Origin: a virus
Lineage: Duplodnaviria; Caudoviricetes
IMG/VR virus record: IMGVR_UViG_3300035180_001680
Strand: one strand, 5' to 3'
Length of the DNA: 64,000 nt
Of the stretch, positions 48,721-55,459 are shown one piece after another. Positions within the stretch are counted from its first letter, which is position 1. Each line of letters opens with the position of its first letter. The notes under the pieces are model-generated. The model searched no databases, was not told the DNA's origin, and saw only the letters and a program-made list of their open reading frames with translations. The translations under genes and the position numbers were made by a program.

Positions 48721-48804
48721 TGGTCCACCCGGAGGGATTCGAACCCTCATAGTCAAAGACGCGAGATTAAAAGTCTCGTACCGTACCAGTTCGGTGTCGG
48801 ATGG
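48721..48804 (-). tRNA. tRNA-Lys(TTT) with 13-nt variable arm
   Basis: CCATCCG/CGGGTGG acceptor, loop CTTTTAA, variable arm CGTCTTTGACTAT, encoded CCA. Confidence 0.85.
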
Positions 48805-48809
48805 AAATA

Positions 48810-48883
48810 TGGTACACCGCCACGGTATTGAGCCGTGTTCTACAGGGTAAGAGCCTATTGCATCACCTTAATGCTTGCGGTGC
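48810..48883 (-). tRNA. tRNA-Lys(CTT)
   Basis: Loop CTCTTAC, encoded CCA. Confidence 0.8.
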
Positions 48884-48892
48884 ATTATATTT

Positions 48893-48967
48893 TGGTAGGG
48901 CGCCTGGAATTCGAATCCAGCCTAAAAGATTAAAAGTCTTCTGTGCTTCCGCTGACACTAACACCCC
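48893..48967 (-). tRNA. tRNA-Lys(TTT)
   Basis: Loop CTTTTAA, short variable loop, encoded CCA. Confidence 0.88.
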
Positions 48968-48982
48968 ATTAAATTCCACTTG

Positions 48983-49067
48983 CTCCGGTCCGAGGAATCG
49001 AACCTCGCCTCCTTTCGGAGCCTTCGCATTAACAGTGCGAGACCTTCACCAAGCCAGTCCGACCGGA
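48983..49067 (-). tRNA. tRNA-Asn(GTT) with 16-nt variable arm
   Basis: Loop CTGTTAA, variable stem CTCC-GAAA-GGAG, G73, no encoded CCA. Confidence 0.85.
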
Positions 49068-49080
49068 GCAAGTGAAACTT

Positions 49081-49154
49081 TGGTAGTCCCTAGAAGAATT
49101 GAACTTCTGTATCTGCCATGTCACGACAGCACTCTACCATTGAGTTAAGGGACT
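49081..49154 (-). tRNA. tRNA-Val(GAC)
   Basis: CTGTC-GTGACAT-GGCAG, encoded CCA. Confidence 0.8.
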
Positions 49155-49174
49155 ATTAAATTTTTAAAGAACAT

Positions 49175-49208
49175 AAAAAAAGCCTCGGGAGATTTCTCTG
49201 CCGAGGCC
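49175..49208 (-). terminator. Attenuator terminator of tRNA array 1
   Basis: GCCTCGG..CCGAGGC followed by T7; 5' arm complementary to GCCGAGGC in the leader ORF. Confidence 0.85.
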
Positions 49209-49227
49209 TATTAACTTTTGTTTACTT

Positions 49228-49329
49228 TCAGATGATTAGTTTGATTTCAACAGTCAATGCCTCGGCGTGTGAACGTTTATTATTAACGTTTACATTATTG
49301 ATAAAAATTGGTTTAGTTGAATCGAACAT
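49228..49329 (-). CDS. Putative leader peptide 1, MFDSTKPIFINNVNVNNKRSHAEALTVEIKLII
   Basis: 33-codon ORF between promoter and terminator; Asn/Val/Lys run. Confidence 0.75.
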   Translation of the reverse strand: MFDSTKPIFINNVNVNNKRSHAEALTVEIKLII

Positions 49330-49365
49330 TTGTAAATTCTTTAAGTTTGTTAAGTTAGTGTTATA

Positions 49366-49394
49366 AGTATATATGACTTATTTATGAAAGTCAA
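49366..49394 (-). promoter_or_regulatory. Sigma70 promoter with embedded late-promoter motif
   Basis: TTGACT-ttcATAAATAagtcata-TATACT. Confidence 0.8.
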
Positions 49395-49592
49395 CAAAAG
49401 TTTACAGATAACTGTTGCAACTTCATAATCTTTAGATTTTTTTCAAATCTTCGTCATCTTTTTCATATCCTTTTTTGAAATCCCTCATACCTCTGTCAAA
49501 TTGTTTTTCAAGCGTACGAAGTCGGCGTGGTTCCTATGTTTTTTTGATAGTTCAGTAAATTCGTCTACTAAATCCGCTTGTGTATCTTCCAC

Positions 49593-49868
49593 TCATTCAG
49601 ACATTAAATGGGTTGCATCTTCACGCAACTGTTTTGTCTTACCTTTTGTGATTTCACTTTCATTCAACTTTTCCATACCACTCTTCGTAATCTTTCCAAC
49701 AATCTTTCCATCTTTCTTTACTTCGACAGGGTATCCCGTCTTTTCAGAATGTTTCTTCATTGTCGAAATCACTTCTGGTGTAAGATTAGCAGCACTCGTG
49801 ATAAATCCATTGGACTTTGAACAATAAAACTTATATAATTCAGTTTCAAATAATTGTTTTAATTTCAT
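49593..49868 (-). CDS. Hypothetical late protein (MKLKQLFE N-terminus)
   Basis: ATAAATA upstream. Confidence 0.6.
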   Translation of the reverse strand: MKLKQLFETELYKFYCSKSNGFITSAANLTPEVISTMKKHSEKTGYPVEVKKDGKIVGKITKSGMEKLNESEITKGKTKQLREDATHLMSE

Positions 49869-50018
49869 TATTTTTCTCGGTTATTCGAGTTATTTATTAT
49901 TAAGCGTGTTGGTTTCCAATAATCATAAAGTGATTGTATAAAACATGATTTTTACCACGTAAAAACCAAATCACGGTTGCCATTGCTCTCAAAGACGTTG
50001 TTTTAATTACCATTTGAC

Positions 50019-50237
50019 TTATCCTTGAAGGCTTTCATGGGCCTTTTCATTTAAAATATACCCATATTTATCGGAAAACTCATTCAATTCATCATCAGAC
50101 ATATTTGACCCATCTTCAAACGTACCTGAACAAAAATAAGCATCACAGAAATCAGGATAATCTAAAGAATCAACTCCATCAACCTCCAACGAATTAACAT
50201 TTACTTCTTTATCATTGATAATAAATTGTTCAGTCAT
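50019..50237 (-). CDS. Hypothetical protein
   Basis: DYPDFCDAY motif. Confidence 0.65.
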   Translation of the reverse strand: MTEQFIINDKEVNVNSLEVDGVDSLDYPDFCDAYFCSGTFEDGSNMSDDELNEFSDKYGYILNEKAHESLQG

Positions 50238-50521
50238 AGTTTTTCATTCCTTTCCAAGATTGGATTAATAGTTACACCAGAAGGGCAATCGTTATTTTCA
50301 AAAAGTTTAAAATTTGTGTATGGGTTACCACAAACAACACATTTTGTATATGGAGTTATTGAAGATCTTTGTCCATTATATAATGTTTGTTGGTCTTCAA
50401 TTGATAGTGTATCGAAATATTCATTAAAAGTGTTAACAATATTTTGAACATATGCCAATGATACACCAAAATGAACCTGTCCACATTTTTTACACGTCGT
50501 ATATCTGATATCGTTGTTCAT
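50234..50521 (-). CDS. Hypothetical Cys-motif protein
   Basis: CKKC..H, CVVC, CP. Confidence 0.65.
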   Translation of the reverse strand: MNNDIRYTTCKKCGQVHFGVSLAYVQNIVNTFNEYFDTLSIEDQQTLYNGQRSSITPYTKCVVCGNPYTNFKLFENNDCPSGVTINPILERNEKL

Positions 50522-50538
50522 TTTTCATCTCCATAAAT

Positions 50539-50614
50539 TGGTCCCGTCGGTCAGATTCGAACTGACAAAATAATAGTTTAGGAAACTATTGCCTTTCCCT
50601 TTGGCTTCGACGAG
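50539..50614 (-). tRNA. tRNA-Arg(CCT)
   Basis: ATAGT-TTCCTAA-ACTAT, encoded CCA. Confidence 0.8.
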
Positions 50615-50622
50615 AAAGAGTC

Positions 50623-50829
50623 TTACTTCTTAACCCTTTTTAAAGCATCTTTGCGCATTAACACTGTTCTATCATTTCCATATTTGTGAACTTGAAGAAA
50701 CTCAACTCCGTCGATTGAACGAATGTCATAGATGTCGTTGCATTCCCACCGCTCCTGATTTATCGGGTTTTCAAAAATCCCTGGAACTGGTACTGGTTTT
50801 ACTGCTTGTTTTACTTTTCGCTTATCCAT
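50623..50829 (-). CDS. Hypothetical protein
   Basis: AAGGA RBS. Confidence 0.55.
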   Translation of the reverse strand: MDKRKVKQAVKPVPVPGIFENPINQERWECNDIYDIRSIDGVEFLQVHKYGNDRTVLMRKDALKRVKK

Positions 50830-50984
50830 TTTTATTCCTTTTTGGTGTCAACTTCAAATTCTTTTTGAAGTTGTTCTAACAATAAACGCCTAGATTCTTT
50901 ATCTTTTCTAAGTTTTTGTAACTTTCGTTCTTTTGCCTTTTGAGCTCGAAGTTGTGCTTTTTTACCCGTTCTACTTCTGCCTCA

Positions 50985-51272
50985 TCACTCAATCTGAATT
51001 TCTTTGAAAATTTGTAATCGTTGTTTTGTGTCCGTTAACCATTCTTTTGATGTAGTATGAGCACCTTCATCGTAATCTTTATCGCCATTGTAAATGCACA
51101 CAACACAATTAGTTGTGACTAATAAAATTTCCCGATGTTCTTCATCGATCTTAATTTCATCAAACGATTCTCCATCAAAAAACACAAAGCAGTCTTCATT
51201 TTCAGAAATAATAGAAATAACCTTTTCAGTGAATTTGCGTGCATTTAACCAACGTTTATCAAAAATGTTCAT
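50985..51272 (-). CDS. Hypothetical protein
   Basis: ORF. Confidence 0.55.
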   Translation of the reverse strand: MNIFDKRWLNARKFTEKVISIISENEDCFVFFDGESFDEIKIDEEHREILLVTTNCVVCIYNGDKDYDEGAHTTSKEWLTDTKQRLQIFKEIQIE

Positions 51273-51371
51273 TCTGGGTCACCTGTTATAGTTAACATAT
51301 CGGTTGTACTTTTGAGCACCATTTAAATTTTCTTTAAGTGTATATTAATACTCTATACTTTCAAGGCGGTC

Positions 51372-51731
51372 TCAAGATGTAATACCTCGAGGCTTTGAAT
51401 TGATATATACAACTCGTTTGCTGCTATATCGTTTTTCAGCAATATCCTTGTCAGTAACGTATGCATCGTCTTCCCAATCAACATATCTTTTGTAAGAATT
51501 TTTCAGTTCTTTAACCTCTTCAGGTGTAAATTGAAAGTTCATGTTATTTTGGTGTCTACCTTCTTCAGATTGACACTGTTTCATGTAATTTTCGAATGTC
51601 ATTCTAACTAAACTTCCTTCAATGAATTTGGAATCGATGTGCATATAATCGCCGACCATGCTATTCCACAACACGACTTCAGGATTACCTTCAAGTTCTG
51701 TTAACATTTTAATCAAGTCATTCTTTCTCAT
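51372..51731 (-). CDS. Hypothetical protein
   Basis: ORF. Confidence 0.6.
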   Translation of the reverse strand: MRKNDLIKMLTELEGNPEVVLWNSMVGDYMHIDSKFIEGSLVRMTFENYMKQCQSEEGRHQNNMNFQFTPEEVKELKNSYKRYVDWEDDAYVTDKDIAEKRYSSKRVVYINSKPRGITS

Positions 51732-52078
51732 TTGATTTTTCCTGGCGTAATAATTATTGTTGCAATGCAGTGTTGGTTCCTTGGAAGGTCTTTTTCACAC
51801 TGAATCACATTCTTGTGAAGCTGCCGCGCCATGGTGTTCAGTGTTGTATTATACACATATAAGTTATATCCAAGCCATCCCAAAGAAAAACTTATCACAC
51901 CAGTCTAGGTATAAAATTCCATAATTACGTAATGGTCACCGACAGGCATCTTTGTCTTTGTACTAACTCACGTTTTAGTTCCTTAGTTCATGATTTATCC
52001 TAAAATTGCTATATCGACATCATACTTACACTAATGTTAAAAGACAACATAAATATTAAATAACGACTGGGACATGAA

Positions 52079-52510
52079 ATGAGATTGAATGAGATTTTTA
52101 ATTCGAGTGTAGAAATACATGTTGACGTTAAAACATATGAGGAATGTAAAATGTTTTTCGTGGTTGGGGAGATGGAATATGTTTTCCATGCTTATGAGAC
52201 ACAAACGAATGATGACAAAGGAAATCAGGTTTGGAACGTTGCATTCCGTGCTCAAAAAGGAAATCAAACGTCACACGGAATAACAGGTTCCGGAAATGCT
52301 TCTCAAGTTATGGCTGCTGTTATCCAGTGTATTAAAAAATGGATTGAATTATATCCAAAAGTTGTTACGTTCTTCTTTTCTGCAAAATTAGATGAACCAT
52401 CCAGAGTAAAATTATACAACCGAATGGCTCAATCTATTAAAGTTCCAGGGTGGAAAATGTATAAGGAAACGTTCAAAACCAAAGAACTATATTATTTTAC
52501 AAAAGGTTAA
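52079..52510 (+). CDS. Hypothetical late protein (MRLNEIF N-terminus)
   Basis: ATAAATA upstream; ITGSGNA..SRVKLY.RM. Confidence 0.65.
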   Translation: MRLNEIFNSSVEIHVDVKTYEECKMFFVVGEMEYVFHAYETQTNDDKGNQVWNVAFRAQKGNQTSHGITGSGNASQVMAAVIQCIKKWIELYPKVVTFFFSAKLDEPSRVKLYNRMAQSIKVPGWKMYKETFKTKELYYFTKG

Positions 52511-52797
52511 TTGTTAATTTTCCCTTGTTCAATATTATCTAAATGTTTTCTAATGTAACGCATAAACAATATTGCTTTGTCAGAATCGTTGAATACTCCA
52601 TCCCCTGTGTCTGATACTGGAACAGGAAATTCAAATCCATTACTTGTTTTATACCATAATTCATTTTGTCTATAAAACTGAAAATGTACAGTTTGGTCTT
52701 TCACTAACTCTTTAACGTTCATGATAAAATTCCTTTTTTGAGGTGGGATATAAAAAGTTGTGGACTTTTTTCTTCGTCTGTTGACTCGTGCTTTCAC
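52507..52797 (-). CDS. Hypothetical protein
   Basis: FEFPVPVSDTGDG..DKAILFMRYIRK; start may be 52722. Confidence 0.65.
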   Translation of the reverse strand: MKARVNRRRKKSTTFYIPPQKRNFIMNVKELVKDQTVHFQFYRQNELWYKTSNGFEFPVPVSDTGDGVFNDSDKAILFMRYIRKHLDNIEQGKINN

Positions 52798-52855
52798 GTT
52801 TACACTAAAATCCCATTGTTGTATTTGTACTACAGAAATACACAGAATTGTGTAT

Positions 52856-52927
52856 TGGTCCCCTTGGCCTGAATCGAACAGGCATAAGGTCGCTTAGAAG
52901 GCGTCCCACCACTCCATTGGCAAGGGG
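52856..52927 (-). tRNA. tRNA-Arg(TCT), atypical D-arm
   Basis: Loop CTTCTAA, T-arm AGGCC/GTTCGATT, encoded CCA. Confidence 0.65.
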
Positions 52928-53084
52928 GAATAAAAGTGCATTACTTTAAAGTGTTTTAATTAAACGAATATTTATAATTTGGCGGCGCAAAAGTTAATGA
53001 AAACGTGTTACTATATTTATGCACAAATATTTTTCACATCATTTCCAACTAGAGACAACCGGTATATCTATCTTGTGTGCCAGG

Positions 53085-53168
53085 CGGAAGACGGAGGAAT
53101 CGGACCCCACCCCTTGCGGAGCGTTTCGTTTAGCAAACGAACCTGAACACCAGAACAGTTCATCTTCC
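53085..53168 (-). tRNA. tRNA-Ser(GCT)
   Basis: Loop TTGCTAA, long variable arm, G73. Confidence 0.8.
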
Positions 53169-53173
53169 AATAA

Positions 53174-53443
53174 TTATTCTATTTCATCAACCAATTTGTT
53201 TAACTTAATTCTTTGTTTCTTTCGTTCTTTCCACTTCATGTATGCTTCAAAGCGTCTTTTGTTTCCATGCCGAGTCCCTGGTTTATTCAAAAAATCGTAT
53301 AATATGTTTAACAGTTCAGGGTTTTCCAATTCTTCTTTACCTATCCAAAACGGGTGTTCGGTAGAGCAATCTGTATCTTCCCGATATTGACGTATTGCTC
53401 TTTTGGATTTATTCTTCTCTTTGTGTCTTAATGTGTTAGACAT
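53174..53443 (-). CDS. Hypothetical basic protein
   Basis: ORF inside the tRNA array. Confidence 0.5.
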   Translation of the reverse strand: MSNTLRHKEKNKSKRAIRQYREDTDCSTEHPFWIGKEELENPELLNILYDFLNKPGTRHGNKRRFEAYMKWKERKKQRIKLNKLVDEIE

Positions 53444-53518
53444 AGTTAATAATCTTTAAAAGTTTGTTCTCTCATTGTATTGAATACAAAGACTAATATC
53501 AACATTTGTTTATGATGT

Positions 53519-53590
53519 TGGCCTCCCATGATCGAGTTGAACGATCCAGAATTGATTCGTAGTCAATAAGCTAGTTCCCCTAGATGAGAG
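53519..53590 (-). tRNA. tRNA-Arg(ACG)
   Basis: ATTGA-CTACGAA-TCAAT, encoded CCA; irregular D-arm. Confidence 0.7.
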
Positions 53591-53598
53591 ATAATTTT

Positions 53599-53678
53599 TG
53601 GCGGGTGTGAAGGGAATTGAACCCTCCTGATTTTCCGAAGTGACAGTCCGGTGACCACGCCATGCAGTCCCCACACCC
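53599..53678 (-). tRNA. tRNA-Asp(GTC)
   Basis: Loop CTGTCAC, G73, encoded CCA. Confidence 0.82.
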
Positions 53679-53773
53679 AAAAGTTAAAACAACACACTAC
53701 TACTGTCAGGTTGTTACACACCCTTTCGTCGTCTTCGGTATAGCAGACCGAATGCTATTTGACGGTGTTGATT

Positions 53774-53858
53774 TGGTACCACCGGTTGGAATCGAACCAA
53801 CTTTGAGGTTTCCCTCCAGGATTATCGGTCCTGTGCCTAACCTATCGGCCACAGTGGT
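53774..53858 (-). tRNA. tRNA-Ile(GAT) with 15-nt variable arm and C33
   Basis: CAGGA-CCGATAA-TCCTG, variable stem GAGG-GAAA-CCTC, A73, encoded CCA. Confidence 0.82.
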
Positions 53859-53864
53859 GTTGTT

Positions 53865-53940
53865 TGGTAGGACCAACCGGGTTCGAACCGATGACAGTCT
53901 GCTTGTAGGGCAGATACTCTACCAACTGAGCTATGGTCCC
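53865..53940 (-). tRNA. tRNA-Val(TAC)
   Basis: TCTGC-CCTACAA-GCAGA, encoded CCA. Confidence 0.9.
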
Positions 53941-53964
53941 ATTGAACGATTTCTCGTCCGTTTG

Positions 53965-54342
53965 TTACTTTCTGTGCCTTCGTTTATATAATCGCAATAC
54001 ATCACGCAATTCATTTTTGAAGGAACCATTTTCGCTGTAATATACACAACGACCCAAAGTACCTTTATTCATTCTATATTCCAACGCTTCTACTGACGTT
54101 TCTTCTGGTTGGAACTGTTCCTCCAAACCATAACACGAACAGTGTGATCCATTAACCTCATACAGTATACCGTTTTTCTCATACAACACAAACGCGGATC
54201 CACTATAATCTTCGTACGAATACCAAGCTAATAAGATCTTTTCACCATCATTCAGTTCTATCTGAAATTTGTGTTCAACGTCTTCTACATCACCAAAATT
54301 TCCTAAAAAGTATTGTTTCATCATCATCTCCTTTGTGGTCAA
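53965..54342 (-). CDS. Hypothetical protein
   Basis: YEDYSG.AFVL..YEVNGSHCSCYGLE. Confidence 0.7.
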   Translation of the reverse strand: MTTKEMMMKQYFLGNFGDVEDVEHKFQIELNDGEKILLAWYSYEDYSGSAFVLYEKNGILYEVNGSHCSCYGLEEQFQPEETSVEALEYRMNKGTLGRCVYYSENGSFKNELRDVLRLYKRRHRK

Positions 54343-54383
54343 AAAATCGTTTAACTCATATTAGAGTTCTGTTATTACAATAC

Positions 54384-54460
54384 TGGTACCCTTGGAGAGA
54401 TTCGAACTCCCGACCTTCTCGTTCGAAGCGAGACAATCTAGTCCACTGATATACAAGGGC
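54384..54460 (-). tRNA. tRNA-Arg(TCG)
   Basis: Loop CTTCGAA, encoded CCA. Confidence 0.88.
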
Positions 54461-54651
54461 ATATCAAATCATTATATCCTCAATTTCTTTCTTAAATCTT
54501 GAATCCTTCTATTATACTCAGAAACGTTAATTTCAGCAACGTTGGAAGACTTTTTTATTAGGGCCATTTTTAATTCTGTTTCTAATCTATTCAACTGCCC
54601 ACGCATTTTTGCTACTTTTTATCTTCTTTGCTCATTTTACTTCGTCCTTTT

Positions 54652-54728
54652 TGGCAACCCCGTCGAGAATCGGACTCGAAAAATCAACAAGGGTCAAAAC
54701 CTTGCGTCATCACTAGATGAACGGGGCA
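54652..54728 (-). tRNA. tRNA-Gln(TTG), divergent copy
   Basis: CAAGG-TTTTGAC-CCTTG, G73, encoded CCA; T-loop TCCGATT, ~8-nt variable loop. Confidence 0.7.
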
Positions 54729-54735
54729 TCTGTTT

Positions 54736-54810
54736 TGGCACCGCCGATGGGACTCGAACCCACCTGAATCTCATAGACAGTGAGATGCTCTCCCCGAGAG
54801 CTACGACGGT
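54736..54810 (-). tRNA. tRNA-Asp(GTC), second copy
   Basis: TCTCA-CTGTCTA-TGAGA, encoded CCA. Confidence 0.8.
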
Positions 54811-54823
54811 ATTATACTTCAAA

Positions 54824-54897
54824 TGGCAAGCCCACCAAGAGTTGAACTTGGACTAGAAGATTCAAAATCTTCTGTGCTACCGCTACACCACGGGCCA
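54824..54897 (-). tRNA. tRNA-Gln(TTG)
   Basis: Loop TTTTGAA, U1, G73, encoded CCA. Confidence 0.88.
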
Positions 54898-54905
54898 ATT
54901 AAAGG

Positions 54906-54978
54906 CTAGGAAGTAGAGAATCGAACTCTATACGAATGCGCTCAGAACGCACCACCTCGACCAATCGGCTTCTTCCCA
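54906..54978 (-). tRNA. tRNA-Gln(CTG)
   Basis: Loop TTCTGAG, G73, CCA not fully encoded. Confidence 0.8.
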
Positions 54979-55009
54979 ATATATTTTCAAATTTTTAATG
55001 AACAGTTGT

Positions 55010-55048
55010 AAAACGAAAAACCCAGTCTCTTTTGGAAACTGGGTTTTT
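55010..55048 (-). terminator. Attenuator terminator of tRNA array 2
   Basis: AAAAACCCAGT..ACTGGGTTTTTCGTTTT; 5' arm complementary to GGCTGGGT at the end of the leader ORF. Confidence 0.85.
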
Positions 55049-55071
55049 CTTTTTAAGAATTTAGCTTTATG

Positions 55072-55167
55072 CTATACCCAGCCTCCAGACATAATAATAT
55101 CACTGTCGCGACGTACTTGGCGTCGGCGAATGATACTAATACTCTGTTGTTGTCTGGTTACGAACAT
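55072..55167 (-). CDS. Putative leader peptide 2, MFVTRQQQSISIIRRRQVRRDSDIIMSGGWV
   Basis: 31-codon ORF with AAGGAG RBS between promoter and terminator; codons match the downstream tRNAs. Confidence 0.85.
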   Translation of the reverse strand: MFVTRQQQSISIIRRRQVRRDSDIIMSGGWV

Positions 55168-55325
55168 TTGTAAAGCTCCTTAAATTAAATGGTGTTTACT
55201 ACTTTATCGTCTGCTTAATATACGCTTCTACGCACCCACATATTTCTATGTTTTGTTAGTACCGGGACGTCCTAGCTTTCAACACCTAACTATTTAGTTA
55301 AGCACTTTGCTCAACTGTTGATACA

Positions 55326-55354
55326 AGTATATATGACTTATTTATAAAAGTCAA
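55326..55354 (-). promoter_or_regulatory. Sigma70 promoter with embedded TATAAATA
   Basis: TTGACT-ttTATAAATAagtcata-TATACT; near-identical to 49366..49394. Confidence 0.8.
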
Positions 55355-55459
55355 CATTTATTTATCAATCTCAAAAACACATCTGGTGCTTGGAACATCA
55401 TATACGTCGTTGACATCTTATGTCTCCTTAAAAGATATAGTATTTTTTAAACTAACGAT

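Noticed and set aside
48801-49148. ORFs overlapping tRNA genes (also 53662..53991, 54542..54856, 63127..63363, 63802..63990)
   Set aside because: Antisense shadows of tRNA clusters with no protein features.
51740-52030. Possible ncRNA or gene
   Set aside because: Only broken reading frames and no convincing structure; probably decayed DNA.
54998-55183. 61-aa + strand ORF
   Set aside because: Antisense to leader peptide 2 and its terminator; the minus-strand ORF has the RBS and promoter.
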